NCBI GenBank assembly: GCA_947630425.1
Contig: CANRHN010000005.1
Coordinates: 1-54,954, forward strand
Source: an uncultured Clostridia bacterium
GTDB lineage: Bacteria; Bacillota; Clostridia; Christensenellales; CAG-314
DNA: 54,954 bases
Direction: 5' to 3'
The translations under genes and the position numbers were made by a program. Below the pieces are notes generated by a model. The model had not been told where the DNA came from. It worked only from the letters and a program-made list of their open reading frames with translations, and did not search any database. Shown piece after piece: positions 29,975-41,374 of the stretch (its first letter is position 1; every line of letters begins with the position of its first letter).

Positions 29975-31213
29975 ATGCAACTGAAAGAGTTTTTGGATAG
30001 CAGCTACACAGCTTATCATACCACCGCAAACGCCTGTGAAATTCTCAAAGAGGAAGGCTTTGTGCAATTGACTCTCGGAGACAGTTGGCATTTGGAAAGA
30101 GGCGGCAGTTACTTTGTAACGCGCAACGGTAGCTCGGTGGTGGCGTTTTGTCTCGGGCAATCCAACGTGTTCAACATTGTAGTCAGTCACACCGACAGTC
30201 CGTCCTTCAAAATCAAAGGGGACAGGCTCATCGAAAACGAGGGGCTGTTGCGATTGAACACCGAAAAATACGGCGGCGGATTGCTGTACAGTTACTTCGA
30301 CCGTCAAATGAAAGTGGCGGGCAGACTGCTTGTGGAAACGCCGAACGGCGTGGAACAACAGCTTGTTGTCAGCGATTACAACGTTGTCATTCCCAGCCTT
30401 GCCATTCATCTCAATCGCGAAGCCAACGAAAAACCCTTTTTGAAGCTGCAAAGCGACACCTTGCCGTTGTTTGCGCAGGACGAGGGCGAACTTTACGGCA
30501 GTCTCACGGACAGACGGGTGTTGGACGCGGATTTGTACGTAGTACCGGCAGCCGAGGCGTTTGAAAGCGGTTTGCACAACGAATTTTTGTGTTCGGCAAG
30601 GTTAGACAATCTTACAAGCGTTTACAGTTCGTTCTATGCTTTGGTGGGAGCAGAACCTCAGGGGCTTGCGGTGGTTGCCTGCCTTGACAACGAGGAAACA
30701 GGCAGCGGAACACGTCAGGGCGCGCCCGAATTTTTGAAACAGGTGCTTAACGGCATTGCCAACGCATTGGAGCTGACAAACACTGAGGTCGTCTATGCCG
30801 CGGAAAACGGCATGGTGCTTTCCGTTGACAACGGTCACGCCGCGCACCCCGCGCATCTGGAAAAGCACGACCCTCAATATCGTTGCAGAATGAACGGCGG
30901 AGTGATTGTAAAACATCACGTCAACTACGCGACCGACGGTTTGAGCGCGGCAATATTCAAGCGGTTGATGAACGATGTCGAGTTGCCTTTTCAGGATTTG
31001 TACAACAACAGCGAGCTTTCGGGCGGAAGCACCTTGGGACTTGTCACGGCGAGGGAGCTGGGCATGAAGGTGTGCGACATCGGCATTGCGCAGCTTGCAA
31101 TGCACTCGGCTTGCGAAACCTGCGGCGTTGAGGACGTTGAAACAATGCAAAAGGCATTGACGGCATTTTTGAGTTGCACCCTGTCGGGCGACAACAACAT
31201 TACCGTTCGTTAG
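29975..31213 (+). CDS. M18 family (aspartyl) aminopeptidase
   Basis: SHTDSP, RLDNL, DNEETGS, SVDNGHAAHP, GGSTLG, AMHS. Confidence 0.92.
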   Translation: MQLKEFLDSSYTAYHTTANACEILKEEGFVQLTLGDSWHLERGGSYFVTRNGSSVVAFCLGQSNVFNIVVSHTDSPSFKIKGDRLIENEGLLRLNTEKYGGGLLYSYFDRQMKVAGRLLVETPNGVEQQLVVSDYNVVIPSLAIHLNREANEKPFLKLQSDTLPLFAQDEGELYGSLTDRRVLDADLYVVPAAEAFESGLHNEFLCSARLDNLTSVYSSFYALVGAEPQGLAVVACLDNEETGSGTRQGAPEFLKQVLNGIANALELTNTEVVYAAENGMVLSVDNGHAAHPAHLEKHDPQYRCRMNGGVIVKHHVNYATDGLSAAIFKRLMNDVELPFQDLYNNSELSGGSTLGLVTARELGMKVCDIGIAQLAMHSACETCGVEDVETMQKALTAFLSCTLSGDNNITVR

Positions 31214-31228
31214 TTTGAGAGGTACGTT

Positions 31229-32881
31229 ATGAACTACGCCGACAATTACAATTTGTGGTTAAAATGTGTAAAAGACGAGCAACTGCTCCAAGAGCTTCGC
31301 GGCATGAGCGAACAGGACAAAAAAGAGGCGTTCAGCGGAGAATTGTCCTTTGGAACGGCGGGCTTGCGCGGAATTATGAGCGCGGGCACTGCAAGAATGA
31401 ATGTCTACACGGTGTACCGTGCAACAGAGGGGTTGGCGCGCTATATGGAAGCTCACAAACTGCACAGCTGCGCAATCACCTACGATTCGCGCAACAACAG
31501 CAAACGTTTTTGCGAATTGGCTGCCGCCACGTTGGCGCAACACGGATTTACGGTGTATCTTACGTCGGAGTGCATGCCCACGCCATTCCTTTCCTTTATG
31601 GTGAGGGAGCTTCATTGCGATGTGGGAGTAAACGTCACGGCAAGTCACAATCCGTCGCAGTACAACGGTTACAAGGTGTACGGCGCGGACGGCTGTCAGT
31701 TGTTGGACGACGACGCAAGCGAGGTAACGCGTTATATCGACTCGGTAAAGCTGTTTGAAAAACCCTTGCCGAGCTTGGAAGAGTACGAAGGCAACCTTGT
31801 TCGTTACACCGACAAGCTGTTGGAGGAAATGTACATAGACCGCGTGTCTCAAGAAAGGCTTACCTTTGGCGAGCTGAACGTAAACGCAGTCTACACGCCC
31901 TTGAACGGAGCGGGCTACCGCATTGTGCCCGAAACGTTGCGCAGGGCGGGCGTCAATTTTGTTACCGTCGAGCAGCAATCGCAACCGGACGGCAACTTTC
32001 CCACCTGCCCGTACCCCAATCCCGAAAAGCCGCAAACATTGGAGCTTGCCAAACAGCTTGCGGCAAAGGTTCAAGCGGACATCATCATTGCAAACGACCC
32101 CGACTGCGACAGACTCGGAGTGGCTGCGTTTGACGGCAACGAGTACCGACAGCTGACGGGTAACGAGGTGGGCGTGTTGCTTGCCGATTTTGTTTTGAGT
32201 AGGCTTCGGGCTTCGGACGATATGCCCCGAAATCCCCTTTTGGTCAAGACGATCGTCACCACCCCGATGTTGGACGCCGTTGCCAAACACTACGGCGCGG
32301 AAGTAAAGGATGTGCTTACCGGTTTCAAATATATCGGCAACGTTATCGGCAAGCTGGAAAAAGAAAGACATGCGGAGCGTTATGTGTTCGGCTTTGAGGA
32401 AAGCTGCGGCTACCTTAAGGGCACTTACGTTCGCGACAAGGACGGCGTGGTTGCCGCGCTGTTGGTTGCAGAGTGCGCTTCCGCGCTCAAGGCTCACGGA
32501 AAAACGCTCATCGATCGTCTGAACGAGCTGTACGCTCAACACGGACACTATTTTCTGAACACGCTCAGCTACCGTTTTGAGGGCTTGGAAGGCGCAAAGA
32601 ACAAGGAAAATTTGCTTTGTCGCTTGCGCAAAACGCCTTTTGCCGCATTGGGAGAAAGTCCCGTTGTCGATGTGTGCGATTTTCTGACGCAAACGCGCTA
32701 CGATTTGCCCAAGGCGGACGTGCTTCGTTTGAGGAGCGCGGACGGCAGTCAACTCATCGTTCGACCCAGCGGCACCGAACCGCTTGTCAAGTGCTATATA
32801 ACCGTCAACGGCGACGAAAAGGGCAATCTTGCCCGTTACGAGGCAATCAAAAAACAAACGGACAAATTTTTTGTCGGGTGA
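31229..32881 (+). CDS. Phosphoglucomutase / phospho-sugar mutase
   Basis: FGTAGLRG, TASHNP, DPDCDR, FEESCG, RPSGTEP. Confidence 0.93.
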   Translation: MNYADNYNLWLKCVKDEQLLQELRGMSEQDKKEAFSGELSFGTAGLRGIMSAGTARMNVYTVYRATEGLARYMEAHKLHSCAITYDSRNNSKRFCELAAATLAQHGFTVYLTSECMPTPFLSFMVRELHCDVGVNVTASHNPSQYNGYKVYGADGCQLLDDDASEVTRYIDSVKLFEKPLPSLEEYEGNLVRYTDKLLEEMYIDRVSQERLTFGELNVNAVYTPLNGAGYRIVPETLRRAGVNFVTVEQQSQPDGNFPTCPYPNPEKPQTLELAKQLAAKVQADIIIANDPDCDRLGVAAFDGNEYRQLTGNEVGVLLADFVLSRLRASDDMPRNPLLVKTIVTTPMLDAVAKHYGAEVKDVLTGFKYIGNVIGKLEKERHAERYVFGFEESCGYLKGTYVRDKDGVVAALLVAECASALKAHGKTLIDRLNELYAQHGHYFLNTLSYRFEGLEGAKNKENLLCRLRKTPFAALGESPVVDVCDFLTQTRYDLPKADVLRLRSADGSQLIVRPSGTEPLVKCYITVNGDEKGNLARYEAIKKQTDKFFVG

Positions 32882-32885
32882 AAAA

Positions 32886-33491
32886 ATGAAAACAAAATTT
32901 ACAACGTTGAATGTAGTTACCACGGCAATGCTTGCCGCCGTAGCCGTCATATTGGCGTCGGTGTTTCACATGCTGGGCGGACAACCTATAGCCACGCTGT
33001 TTAGCCCGATGCACTTTCCCGTGTTGCTTTGCGGAATTTTGTGCGGACCGTGGCTGGGCATGATTTGCGGTTTTTGCACCCCAATTGTGTCATTTGCCGC
33101 GGTAGGACGTCCGCCTTTTCCCGTACAACTCGTTCCCATGGTCTTGGAATTGACTTTTTACGGCTTTATTACGGGACTTATGCGCTGGGTCTTTCTCAAA
33201 AATTCCAAAACAAACCGTTTTGCGTCCGTGCTTGCGTTGATTGTGGCAATGGTGGTCGGACGTCTCGTCAATGCCTTTGTGGGCGCGTTCTTCATGATGG
33301 GGGACAAAACCGCATATTTTGCGGCATTCGGCACAAAAATTTTGGGCAATTTTACTTCCACTTGGGCAGGAATAGTGTTACAGCTGGTGCTTATTCCGTT
33401 GATACTTTTTGCATTGCAACGCGGCGGTATACTCATCAAGTACCTACCCGACACGCCCGTACGTAACAAAGAACAACAAACAACAGTGTAG
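32886..33491 (+). CDS. ECF transporter S component
   Basis: PMHFPVLLCG..CGPWLG, PMVLEL, GIVLQLVLIP. Confidence 0.85.
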   Translation: MKTKFTTLNVVTTAMLAAVAVILASVFHMLGGQPIATLFSPMHFPVLLCGILCGPWLGMICGFCTPIVSFAAVGRPPFPVQLVPMVLELTFYGFITGLMRWVFLKNSKTNRFASVLALIVAMVVGRLVNAFVGAFFMMGDKTAYFAAFGTKILGNFTSTWAGIVLQLVLIPLILFALQRGGILIKYLPDTPVRNKEQQTTV

Positions 33492-33519
33492 ACGCTCAAG
33501 CAAAAACAAGGAGACAAAG

Positions 33520-36500
33520 ATGCTGGAACTCAAACAAATAGTAAAGGATTACCCCGTTGCAAACACTGTGGTACGCGCATTGAAGGGCGTGGACTTGCAA
33601 TTTCGCAGCAGCGAATTCGTTTCCATATTGGGACCGAGCGGTTGCGGCAAAACCACGCTGCTCAACATAATCGGCGGTTTGGACAAGTACACGACAGGAG
33701 ATCTTGTCATAGACGGCGTTTCCACCAAGGACTACAAGGACCGCGATTGGGACACCTACCGAAACCATTCGATAGGGTTTGTTTTTCAAAGCTACAACCT
33801 CATACCCCACCAAAGCATTTTGCAAAACGTTGAGTTGGCTCTTACTCTTGCGGGCGTACCCAAGGGAGAGCGCAAATCGCGTGCCGAAAAAGCCTTGCAG
33901 CGCGTCGGGTTGGGAGACCACATTCACAAACGTCCCAACCAATTGAGCGGCGGACAAATGCAGCGCGTTGCAATTGCCCGCGCGCTTGTCAACGACCCGA
34001 AAATCATTCTTGCGGACGAGCCTACGGGCGCGCTCGACACGGAAACGGGTATTCAGATAATGGAGCTGCTCAAGGAAATGTCGCAGGATCGCCTTGTTAT
34101 CATGGTGACGCACAACCCCGAGCTTGCCGAAAAGTATTCCTCTCGCATAATTCGCATTCTGGACGGCGAAATTGTCGGCGACAGCGCGCCTCTCACGCAA
34201 GCGGACCTTTTGCGCGAAAAGTTCTTGGAAATCAATCACGATGACGACCAAACCACTCAAACGGCAGCGCAACCAAGCGCAAAGGGCGCAAAAAAAGCCA
34301 GGAAAAAGGCAAAAAAGCGTTCGTCTATGTCCTTTTGGACGGCGTTCAAGCTGTCTTTGAACAATTTGTTCACAAAAAAGGGGCGCACCGTTCTTACTTC
34401 CTTTGCGGGCAGTATCGGCATTATCGGAATTGCGTTGATACTGTCGGTGTCGCAAGGCATGACCAACTATATAGATATGGTGGAGCAACAAACGCTTACC
34501 ACCTATCCTCTTACCATACAATCCACATCTATGGACTTGTCCTCTCTTGCGGCATCCATCATGACGCAGGATGCCGAAACGATAAACGCGGACGGCAAGG
34601 TGTACCAACGTTCCATTGTGCAAAACGTCGCCAAAATGGTAAAAGCCACCAACAACAACACCAACGACCTCAAATCCTTCAAAAAGTTTCTCGAACAGGA
34701 AGTCGCCAAAGAGGACAGCAAATTGCACAGCGCGGTAGCGGGTCTGCAATATAGCTACAATCTTGATTTGCTTGTATACATGAAAAATCCTCACCCCGCC
34801 GAGGGCGAAAGTGCAATTCAACCTTCCGACCCAGCTATACTTGTGCAAAAGGTTGTAACCCGTCTGTTGAAGGACGATATGCAGTCGGCGTTGGGCGGCT
34901 ATTTCAATTCGTTGAGCAATTTTTCTCTTAATGTGTGGCAGGAACTGTTGCCCGGTCTGAACGGCGAACCCGTGAATGATGTTTTGAAAGATCAGTACGA
35001 TCTTGTCGAAGGCGAGTGGCCCGACAACTACGACGAAATTGTTTTGGTACTCAACGACAACAACGAACTCAGCGACATAGCTTTGTACACATTGGGATTT
35101 ATCGGGGACGACTACATTCAAAAGATATATGACGCAATCGACAACGACAAAGAGTTGGACGCAAGCGAGTTGGCGCACAGTTGGAGCTACCAAGAAATTT
35201 GCGACAGCGTTTGCCGCGTCATACTCAACTCCGACTGTTACTACAAAGCGGGCGATGTTTGGTTGGATAAGAGGGACAATCCCACTTTGCTCAACAACCT
35301 TTACGATAGCGCTCTTCCGCTCAAGATAACGGGCATCATTCGCCCCAACCCCGACGCGACGGCACACATGCTCACAGGAGCGGTGGCTTACACTTCGCAA
35401 CTTGCCGAGTACGTAGTACAGCGTTCCGAGCAGTCGGAAGTCATCAAGGAACAGCGAAAAAATCCCGATATCGACGTGTTTACGGGGTTGCCCTTTACAA
35501 CGGTAAAAAATTCTTGGGACAACCAAACAAAAGCACAGGCTTTTTTGGAAAACTATAACTCCTTGCCCTACACGGCTACCGAGGCAAACGCGCCCTCTCG
35601 CGAAGAGACGTATTTGGACATACAGTGTTACGAACACCCCGAGCAGATAAAAGCATTTGCCGACATATTTATTCAAGGCGTAGAAAAAGATCCCTCTTCA
35701 TTTCGCTTGATGATAGATATGATGGCGGATCAAATGGCGCAGGAAATAGGCATTTCGGCGGATGCGTTACGCTCTCTTGTAGGTCAAATGCAGGACGAGC
35801 AATTGGTCAGTTTTGCTGCAACGCAAGCGGAAAGCGTCGGCAGAATGCAGTACAGACAAGCATGTCAAAGAACGCTAAGTAATGACGAGGCTACCCGTCA
35901 CGCCACCATAGACGCAGCCGTTGCGCAGCGCGGCGACGAAACGGACGAACAGTACCAAACCCGTCTTGCAACCTACTACGACGAAACCGTCACGGAGTTT
36001 TCCACTTCCTCTTACGAAGAAAATTTGCGTTTGATGGGCTACGTCGATTTAGACGACCCAACAGCTGTCAACATTTATGCAAGCAGTTTTGAAGCAAAGG
36101 ACATTATAGCGGAGGAGATCGACCGCTACAACGAGGAAGTTATAACGGACGAAAGTCAAAAAATAGAGTACACCGACCTTGTTGCGCTTGTCATGTCGGC
36201 GGTTACGACGATAGTCAACGCCGTCACATACGTGCTGGTGGCGTTTGTGGCAATTTCTCTGGTGGTGTCCTCTATCATGATAGGCGTCATCACGCTGATT
36301 TCCGTACAGGAACGCACCAAGGAAATAGGCATTTTGCGCGCCATAGGCGCGTCCAAAAGAGACGTCAGCAGCATGTTCAATGCGGAAACGATCATTATCG
36401 GCTTTGCCGCGGGCTTGATAGGCGTGTTGTTTACGTACATTTTGTGTTTGCCCATCAACCTGATTTTGCATGCGTTGACGCACATCAACACTCTCAACGC

Positions 36501-36627
36501 GGTACTTCCGCCGTTGGCGGCATTGATACTTGTGGCAATCAGCGTGTTGCTTACGCTGTTTGCGGGATTTATACCTTCGCGCAGCGCAGCCAAAAAAGAC
36601 CCCGTTGTTGCATTGCGCACGGAATAA
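33520..36627 (+). CDS. Fused ABC ATPase/permease (MacB/FtsX-like)
   Basis: [50 protein letters not shown]. Confidence 0.93.
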   Translation: MLELKQIVKDYPVANTVVRALKGVDLQFRSSEFVSILGPSGCGKTTLLNIIGGLDKYTTGDLVIDGVSTKDYKDRDWDTYRNHSIGFVFQSYNLIPHQSILQNVELALTLAGVPKGERKSRAEKALQRVGLGDHIHKRPNQLSGGQMQRVAIARALVNDPKIILADEPTGALDTETGIQIMELLKEMSQDRLVIMVTHNPELAEKYSSRIIRILDGEIVGDSAPLTQADLLREKFLEINHDDDQTTQTAAQPSAKGAKKARKKAKKRSSMSFWTAFKLSLNNLFTKKGRTVLTSFAGSIGIIGIALILSVSQGMTNYIDMVEQQTLTTYPLTIQSTSMDLSSLAASIMTQDAETINADGKVYQRSIVQNVAKMVKATNNNTNDLKSFKKFLEQEVAKEDSKLHSAVAGLQYSYNLDLLVYMKNPHPAEGESAIQPSDPAILVQKVVTRLLKDDMQSALGGYFNSLSNFSLNVWQELLPGLNGEPVNDVLKDQYDLVEGEWPDNYDEIVLVLNDNNELSDIALYTLGFIGDDYIQKIYDAIDNDKELDASELAHSWSYQEICDSVCRVILNSDCYYKAGDVWLDKRDNPTLLNNLYDSALPLKITGIIRPNPDATAHMLTGAVAYTSQLAEYVVQRSEQSEVIKEQRKNPDIDVFTGLPFTTVKNSWDNQTKAQAFLENYNSLPYTATEANAPSREETYLDIQCYEHPEQIKAFADIFIQGVEKDPSSFRLMIDMMADQMAQEIGISADALRSLVGQMQDEQLVSFAATQAESVGRMQYRQACQRTLSNDEATRHATIDAAVAQRGDETDEQYQTRLATYYDETVTEFSTSSYEENLRLMGYVDLDDPTAVNIYASSFEAKDIIAEEIDRYNEEVITDESQKIEYTDLVALVMSAVTTIVNAVTYVLVAFVAISLVVSSIMIGVITLISVQERTKEIGILRAIGASKRDVSSMFNAETIIIGFAAGLIGVLFTYILCLPINLILHALTHINTLNAVLPPLAALILVAISVLLTLFAGFIPSRSAAKKDPVVALRTE

Positions 36628-36872
36628 GAATTGTTAAAGACCACCAACCCCCGTTTGCTAAAAGTCGAACAAAAAAACGGTTTTTGGCGGCATGGGGGTC
36701 GGTTTTTGAAATGCAGGCGACACAAATTACAAAATCGGGTCATTTGAAAAATTCGACAAAAACAAATTGACAGAATTTTGCATATAATTTACAATAAAAA
36801 AGTTATTGTTGCGCGTTGCAACCATGCGAAAAAATAAAGTGCAATTGCGCAAACTTGTTACGGGAGACAAAA

Positions 36873-37739
36873 ATGAAAGATTATTTGTTGTTTATGGACG
36901 TGTCGGGAGACGTTGCTCGCAACTATGTCGATGAGGGAAAGATAAAACTCATTCCGATGGAGTTTGTAATTGACGGCGAGGTGCGAGTCTACACCGACGA
37001 TCAAAACGGTATAGATCCCGTTGAATTTTACGAATTTGTCAAGCGCAAAGCCCCCATGAGTACCACGCAAATTTCTCCCTCCAAGTGGGCGGAATTTGTC
37101 GAACCGTACCTCAAACAGGGACAAAGCGTGCTGTGCCTTTGCCTAAGCAGCGGACTTTCCAATTCCTACAACTCCGCCCTTTCCGCGGCAGAGGAACTCA
37201 ACGCACGCTATGCCGACGCAAAGTTTGTCCCCGTAGATTCGTTGCGCGCAACGGGCATTTCCGGTTTGATTGCCGAGCGTATGGTAGAAAACAAGGAAAA
37301 GGGACTTTCCATTGACGAAAACCTTGCCGACCTGAACGAATTTCGTCACAAAACGCTTGCTTGCGCTTACGTTGACGATCTTGACAGTCTGAAACGCGGC
37401 GGACGTATCAGCCGTACCGTGGCGTTTTTCGGCGGATTGTTGGACATCAAACCCCTCATTCAATTCAATGCGGACGGAACGTTGTCCGTATGGGGAAAGC
37501 AACGCGGCTACAAAAAGTCCATCGCCAATATGATCCAATACTACCTGAACAAAACGGATGTAGACAACCTTCACACGGTGTACATCACGCACGCCAACGA
37601 CGAAGTGTACGCCAACGAGCTTGCGGCAAGGGTGCGCGAGGTCAACCCAAACGTTGAGGTAAAAATCAGGCTCCTTTCTCCCATCATCGGAGTACACCTC
37701 GGACCAAGCGCAATGGTACTCGGTTTTATAGGAAAGTAA
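36873..37739 (+). CDS. DegV family protein
   Basis: STTQI, LSSGLSNSY, LKRGGRIS, SPIIGVHLGP. Confidence 0.9.
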   Translation: MKDYLLFMDVSGDVARNYVDEGKIKLIPMEFVIDGEVRVYTDDQNGIDPVEFYEFVKRKAPMSTTQISPSKWAEFVEPYLKQGQSVLCLCLSSGLSNSYNSALSAAEELNARYADAKFVPVDSLRATGISGLIAERMVENKEKGLSIDENLADLNEFRHKTLACAYVDDLDSLKRGGRISRTVAFFGGLLDIKPLIQFNADGTLSVWGKQRGYKKSIANMIQYYLNKTDVDNLHTVYITHANDEVYANELAARVREVNPNVEVKIRLLSPIIGVHLGPSAMVLGFIGK

Positions 37740-37774
37740 CAAAATGACTCTGTTTTTCACAGAGTCATTTTGTT
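37738..37774. terminator. Bidirectional terminator (perfect inverted repeat)
   Basis: aacaaaatgactctgt-tttc-acagagtcattttgtt between convergent genes. Confidence 0.8.
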
Positions 37775-37794
37775 GGTCGAATTTCGGCGCGCGG

Positions 37795-38274
37795 TCAGTG
37801 TTCTTTTATAAATTTTTGTAACTCTTCCAAAGTCATTTCGCCTTCCGTAACGGCTTTGAGCTTGTCGTTGAATTTGTCTATCATATTGCAGGAAAGAATT
37901 ATCATATAGCGACACACTTCCACGCTGATCATGCTTTGCATGTATGGTATAACCAGCTTAAACGCCACAAATCCGTCGGAGTAGTCCATTTCAAAGCAAC
38001 CGTTGAGCATGGACCAATTTGCGCGCGTCAACGCCAGGGCAAGCAAGTCGCGTTTGTCCTCCGGCACGGTAAAGGGCATGGGGGATTTGAGGTACATCAA
38101 CTGCCTGTCAACGTCGATACGGATCACCAACTTCATTGTCAGGTCCTTTCCCACCGCCGACGTAAACACGGCAAAGTTATCTTCGTTTTCCTCCGTGTTG
38201 TACTTCCATTGCATGTTATCCAACGCTTCGCACAGCGTTTGGTACACAATTTTTGCTTCGTCTTTCTTTGCCAT
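37795..38274 (-). CDS. YbjN-domain-like protein
   Basis: About 159 aa; 'ANWSMLNGCFEMDYSDGFVAFK' pattern; SD AAGGAG. Confidence 0.65.
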   Translation of the reverse strand: MAKKDEAKIVYQTLCEALDNMQWKYNTEENEDNFAVFTSAVGKDLTMKLVIRIDVDRQLMYLKSPMPFTVPEDKRDLLALALTRANWSMLNGCFEMDYSDGFVAFKLVIPYMQSMISVEVCRYMIILSCNMIDKFNDKLKAVTEGEMTLEELQKFIKEH

Positions 38275-38408
38275 ACTTAGCTCCTTTTCAAATTGAGTAT
38301 AGCATATTGCGCCTGTCTTTGCAACCTCTTTGAAAATTTGACGTTTTTTTTGTTGCAATACAAGTAAAATTTTGTCAATTGGCAACACTTGTTGTGAGGT
38401 GAAAAGCT

Positions 38409-38555
38409 ATGAAATGCAGCAAATGCAACAACGAAATCGACCCCAACGACTACTGCGTATGTACCAAGTGCCGCAAAAAAATGTGCCCTTCCTGCGCCGA
38501 CAGAAACGCTTTTGTGTGCAGCGATTGCGGCGGCGATGTGGCGTATTTGTCCTAA
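38409..38555 (+). CDS. 48-aa cysteine-rich, probably zinc-binding microprotein (not in the ORF track)
   Basis: SD GAGGTG; MKCSKCNNEIDPNDYCVCTKCRKKMCPSCADRNAFVCSDCGGDVAYLS; hairpin directly after the stop. Confidence 0.8.
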   Translation: MKCSKCNNEIDPNDYCVCTKCRKKMCPSCADRNAFVCSDCGGDVAYLS

Positions 38556-38618
38556 AAAAACACCGCACAGATGATGCGGTGCAAGTAAAAAAGAAAAAAC
38601 AACATTTTCTTTTGTGCG

Positions 38619-39935
38619 TTAAAGTTGGTTGGCAAGCTTGTTGATGTCGCCTGCGCCAAGTATCAGCAGAATGTCTTTTTCCGTGGCGTTGCCGAATATC
38701 CATCGGCGTGCCGAGGCAAAGTCCGTCAAAAAACAGGCGTTTAGCCCTTTTGCCGCCGCCGATTGGGCGAGCAGGTAGGAGTTGACGCCCGCAATCGGCT
38801 TTTCCCGAGCGGAGTAGACGGGCAGGTAGGCTACAGCGTCCGCTTGTTTGAAGCAATCGGAAAAACCTTCCCAAAACGCCTTTGTGCGCGTGTAAGTGTG
38901 AGGTTGAAACACGCACAGCACGCGCCCTTTCGTCATGCTTTTTGCCGTGGCGACGGAACAGGCAATTTCCGTCGGGTGGTGCGCGTAATCCAACACCGTT
39001 TTGCCAATGCCCGCAATTTGCAGCTCGGTCCAACGTCTGTCAACCCCGACAAAACGGTTGAGACCCGTGCAGGCAACGTCCGCGGGTATGCCCAACACTT
39101 GCGCGGCGGCAAGCGCAGCCAACGCATTGTGTACGTTGTGTTTGCCGGGCACTTGCAACGAAATGCGATGTTTGGCGTTGTCGGGTTCTACCATATCGAA
39201 GCAGGGCTTGCCTTCCGTCAGTTGTAGGTTGCCGACAGTGTAAATTTTGTCGAACAGCACTCTGTTTTTGTGAGGGCAAAGACCTTTCAATTCGCTTGGT
39301 AGCACAATCCAGCCTGTTTTGCCCACGTTTTGGAAAAAACTTGCAAATGCGCGACGAACGTCCTCCAAATCGCCGTAACAATCGGGGTGATCGTGTTCGG
39401 CGTTGAGGCACACGCACACCGTCGGGTGCAGTTGCAAAAAGCTGCGGTTAAACTCGCACGCTTCCGCAATGACCGTGTGCGTTCCCGCAAAGAAGTTGTT
39501 GCCGCGGTACAATCCGCCGACAAACGCGGCATGTTCCATTCCCGCCGCGACCAAAATTTCGTGCAGCATGGCGGTGACGGTCGTTTTGCCGTGAGTTCCG
39601 CACACCGCAATTCGGTTTTCAAAGCTGTCGAACACAACGCCCAACAACTGTTCGCGCAACAACACGGGCACGCCAAGGTGTAAAGCGCGCGCAACTTCCT
39701 CGTTGGATGTGGGCACGGCAGAGGTTCTCACAACCAACTGCGCGCCGTCAATGTTTGCCGAATTGTGTCCGACAAACACTTTTATGCCAAGTTTTTTTAA
39801 CGCTTGCGTTTCCTCCGACTCCGTTCTGTCGCTGCCGGAAACATCGTAGCCCAAGCCGAAAAGGTGTTGCGCCAAGCCGCTCATTCCCACTCCGCCTATA
39901 CCCACAAAGTGTACCCGACGGGGGACCTCGTCCAT
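38619..39935 (-). CDS. murC: UDP-N-acetylmuramate--L-alanine ligase
   Basis: HFVGIGGVGMSGLA, GTHGKTT, EACE, DYAHHPTEI, FQPHTYTRT, GAGDI. Start 39935 or 39941. Confidence 0.95.
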   Translation of the reverse strand: MDEVPRRVHFVGIGGVGMSGLAQHLFGLGYDVSGSDRTESEETQALKKLGIKVFVGHNSANIDGAQLVVRTSAVPTSNEEVARALHLGVPVLLREQLLGVVFDSFENRIAVCGTHGKTTVTAMLHEILVAAGMEHAAFVGGLYRGNNFFAGTHTVIAEACEFNRSFLQLHPTVCVCLNAEHDHPDCYGDLEDVRRAFASFFQNVGKTGWIVLPSELKGLCPHKNRVLFDKIYTVGNLQLTEGKPCFDMVEPDNAKHRISLQVPGKHNVHNALAALAAAQVLGIPADVACTGLNRFVGVDRRWTELQIAGIGKTVLDYAHHPTEIACSVATAKSMTKGRVLCVFQPHTYTRTKAFWEGFSDCFKQADAVAYLPVYSAREKPIAGVNSYLLAQSAAAKGLNACFLTDFASARRWIFGNATEKDILLILGAGDINKLANQL

Positions 39936-40087
39936 TCTCATATTGTACTTTATGCTGTTTGTCCGCAAAACTGTTACAAGCAACTTTTAGCGTAAAACAT
40001 CGGACTTGCCCCGCGCGTAGACCGCCTCGCGTTTGGTCGGAATCTCAAAAAAAAAGACCAACCATCGTTGGTCTCTGACTGTTTGCG

Positions 40088-40294
40088 TTACTGCAAGCCG
40101 TACTTTTTCTTGAACTTGTCAACTCTTCCGCCGGCGTCTACAAGCTTTTGCTTACCCGTAAAGTAGGGGTGGCACTTGTTGCAAATTTCCACTTTGATAA
40201 TGTTGGTATCTTTGGTGGTGCCGGTTTCGAAGGTTGCGCCACAAGCACATACAACAGTCGCTCTGTGATAATTCGGATGTATACCTTGTTTCAT
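40088..40294 (-). CDS. rpmE: 50S ribosomal protein L31 (Zn-binding type)
   Basis: [27 protein letters not shown]. Confidence 0.97.
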   Translation of the reverse strand: MKQGIHPNYHRATVVCACGATFETGTTKDTNIIKVEICNKCHPYFTGKQKLVDAGGRVDKFKKKYGLQ

Positions 40295-40456
40295 TGTTCG
40301 CACCTCTCAAATTTTTTTGCCATTTTATTGTACAAGATTACTTTCAATCCGTCAAGCGTTTGAACCAAAAGTATGGCGCGGGAATTTTTTGCGTAAACGT
40401 TGTCAAAAAATGCATAAAGTTATATAATGATATTCGACTACAACAAGGAGAAGCGT

Positions 40457-41374
40457 ATGTCGGATATTGTTATTTCTACGACCAATCTTACCAAAAGCTA
40501 CAACGGCGTTCGCGTGGTAGACAATGTTACTCTCACGGTAAACAGCGGCGCAATCGTGGGCTTGGTGGGCAAAAACGGCGCGGGCAAAACCACGTTGCTA
40601 AGACTTTTAACGGGCTTGGTCAAACCCGATTCGGGCAGTTTTGAGTTGATGTCGGGCGTTGCGCGTAACAGCACCGACGTGGCAGCAATAGTGGAAAGTC
40701 CATCGTTGTACAACAATCTTTCCGCTGTGGAAAATTTGCAAATTCAGTGCAAGCTGCTGGGAATAAAGGAAGACTTTAACTACCTGAACCAAACGCTTGG
40801 TTTGGTGGGTTTGAATTCGCAAAACAGGCGCAAGGTCAAAAATTACTCTTTGGGAATGCGTCAACGCCTTGCGATAGCCATGGCGTTGGTGGGCAAGCCC
40901 AAATTGTTGCTGTTGGACGAGCCTACAAACGGTCTCGATCCGGACGGCATACGACAAATGCGAGAAATTTTGACAACTCTAAACCGAGAACAGGGCGTAA
41001 CGGTGCTTGTTTCCAGCCACATTTTGTCGGAATTGAGCAAGCTTGCCACGGAGTACTACATCATGGAAAAGGGCAAGGTGCTCAAGCACGTCACCGCCGA
41101 GGAGTTGGAAGAAAACCAAGGCAACAGTTACCGCATTTCCGTCAACAATGCGGAAGCGGCAGAGGCAGTGCTTGCCAAGCTCGGGCGTGTTGTCAGAGTG
41201 GGCTCGGCTCAAATAGAATTGTTTGCGGACGCTTCTGTAACGCAAATTTTGCTGTTGTTGGCAGAGGCGGACGTAATCGTTTCGGGCATAACTCGGTCGG
41301 GCGACGCGTTGGAAGACTTTTATGTTAAGACGCTGCGCGAAACCGAGTCGCAAAACAAAGGAGGCGCACAATGA
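40457..41374 (+). CDS. ABC transporter ATP-binding protein (BcrA/lantibiotic-immunity-like)
   Basis: [35 protein letters not shown]. Confidence 0.9.
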   Translation: MSDIVISTTNLTKSYNGVRVVDNVTLTVNSGAIVGLVGKNGAGKTTLLRLLTGLVKPDSGSFELMSGVARNSTDVAAIVESPSLYNNLSAVENLQIQCKLLGIKEDFNYLNQTLGLVGLNSQNRRKVKNYSLGMRQRLAIAMALVGKPKLLLLDEPTNGLDPDGIRQMREILTTLNREQGVTVLVSSHILSELSKLATEYYIMEKGKVLKHVTAEELEENQGNSYRISVNNAEAAEAVLAKLGRVVRVGSAQIELFADASVTQILLLLAEADVIVSGITRSGDALEDFYVKTLRETESQNKGGAQ

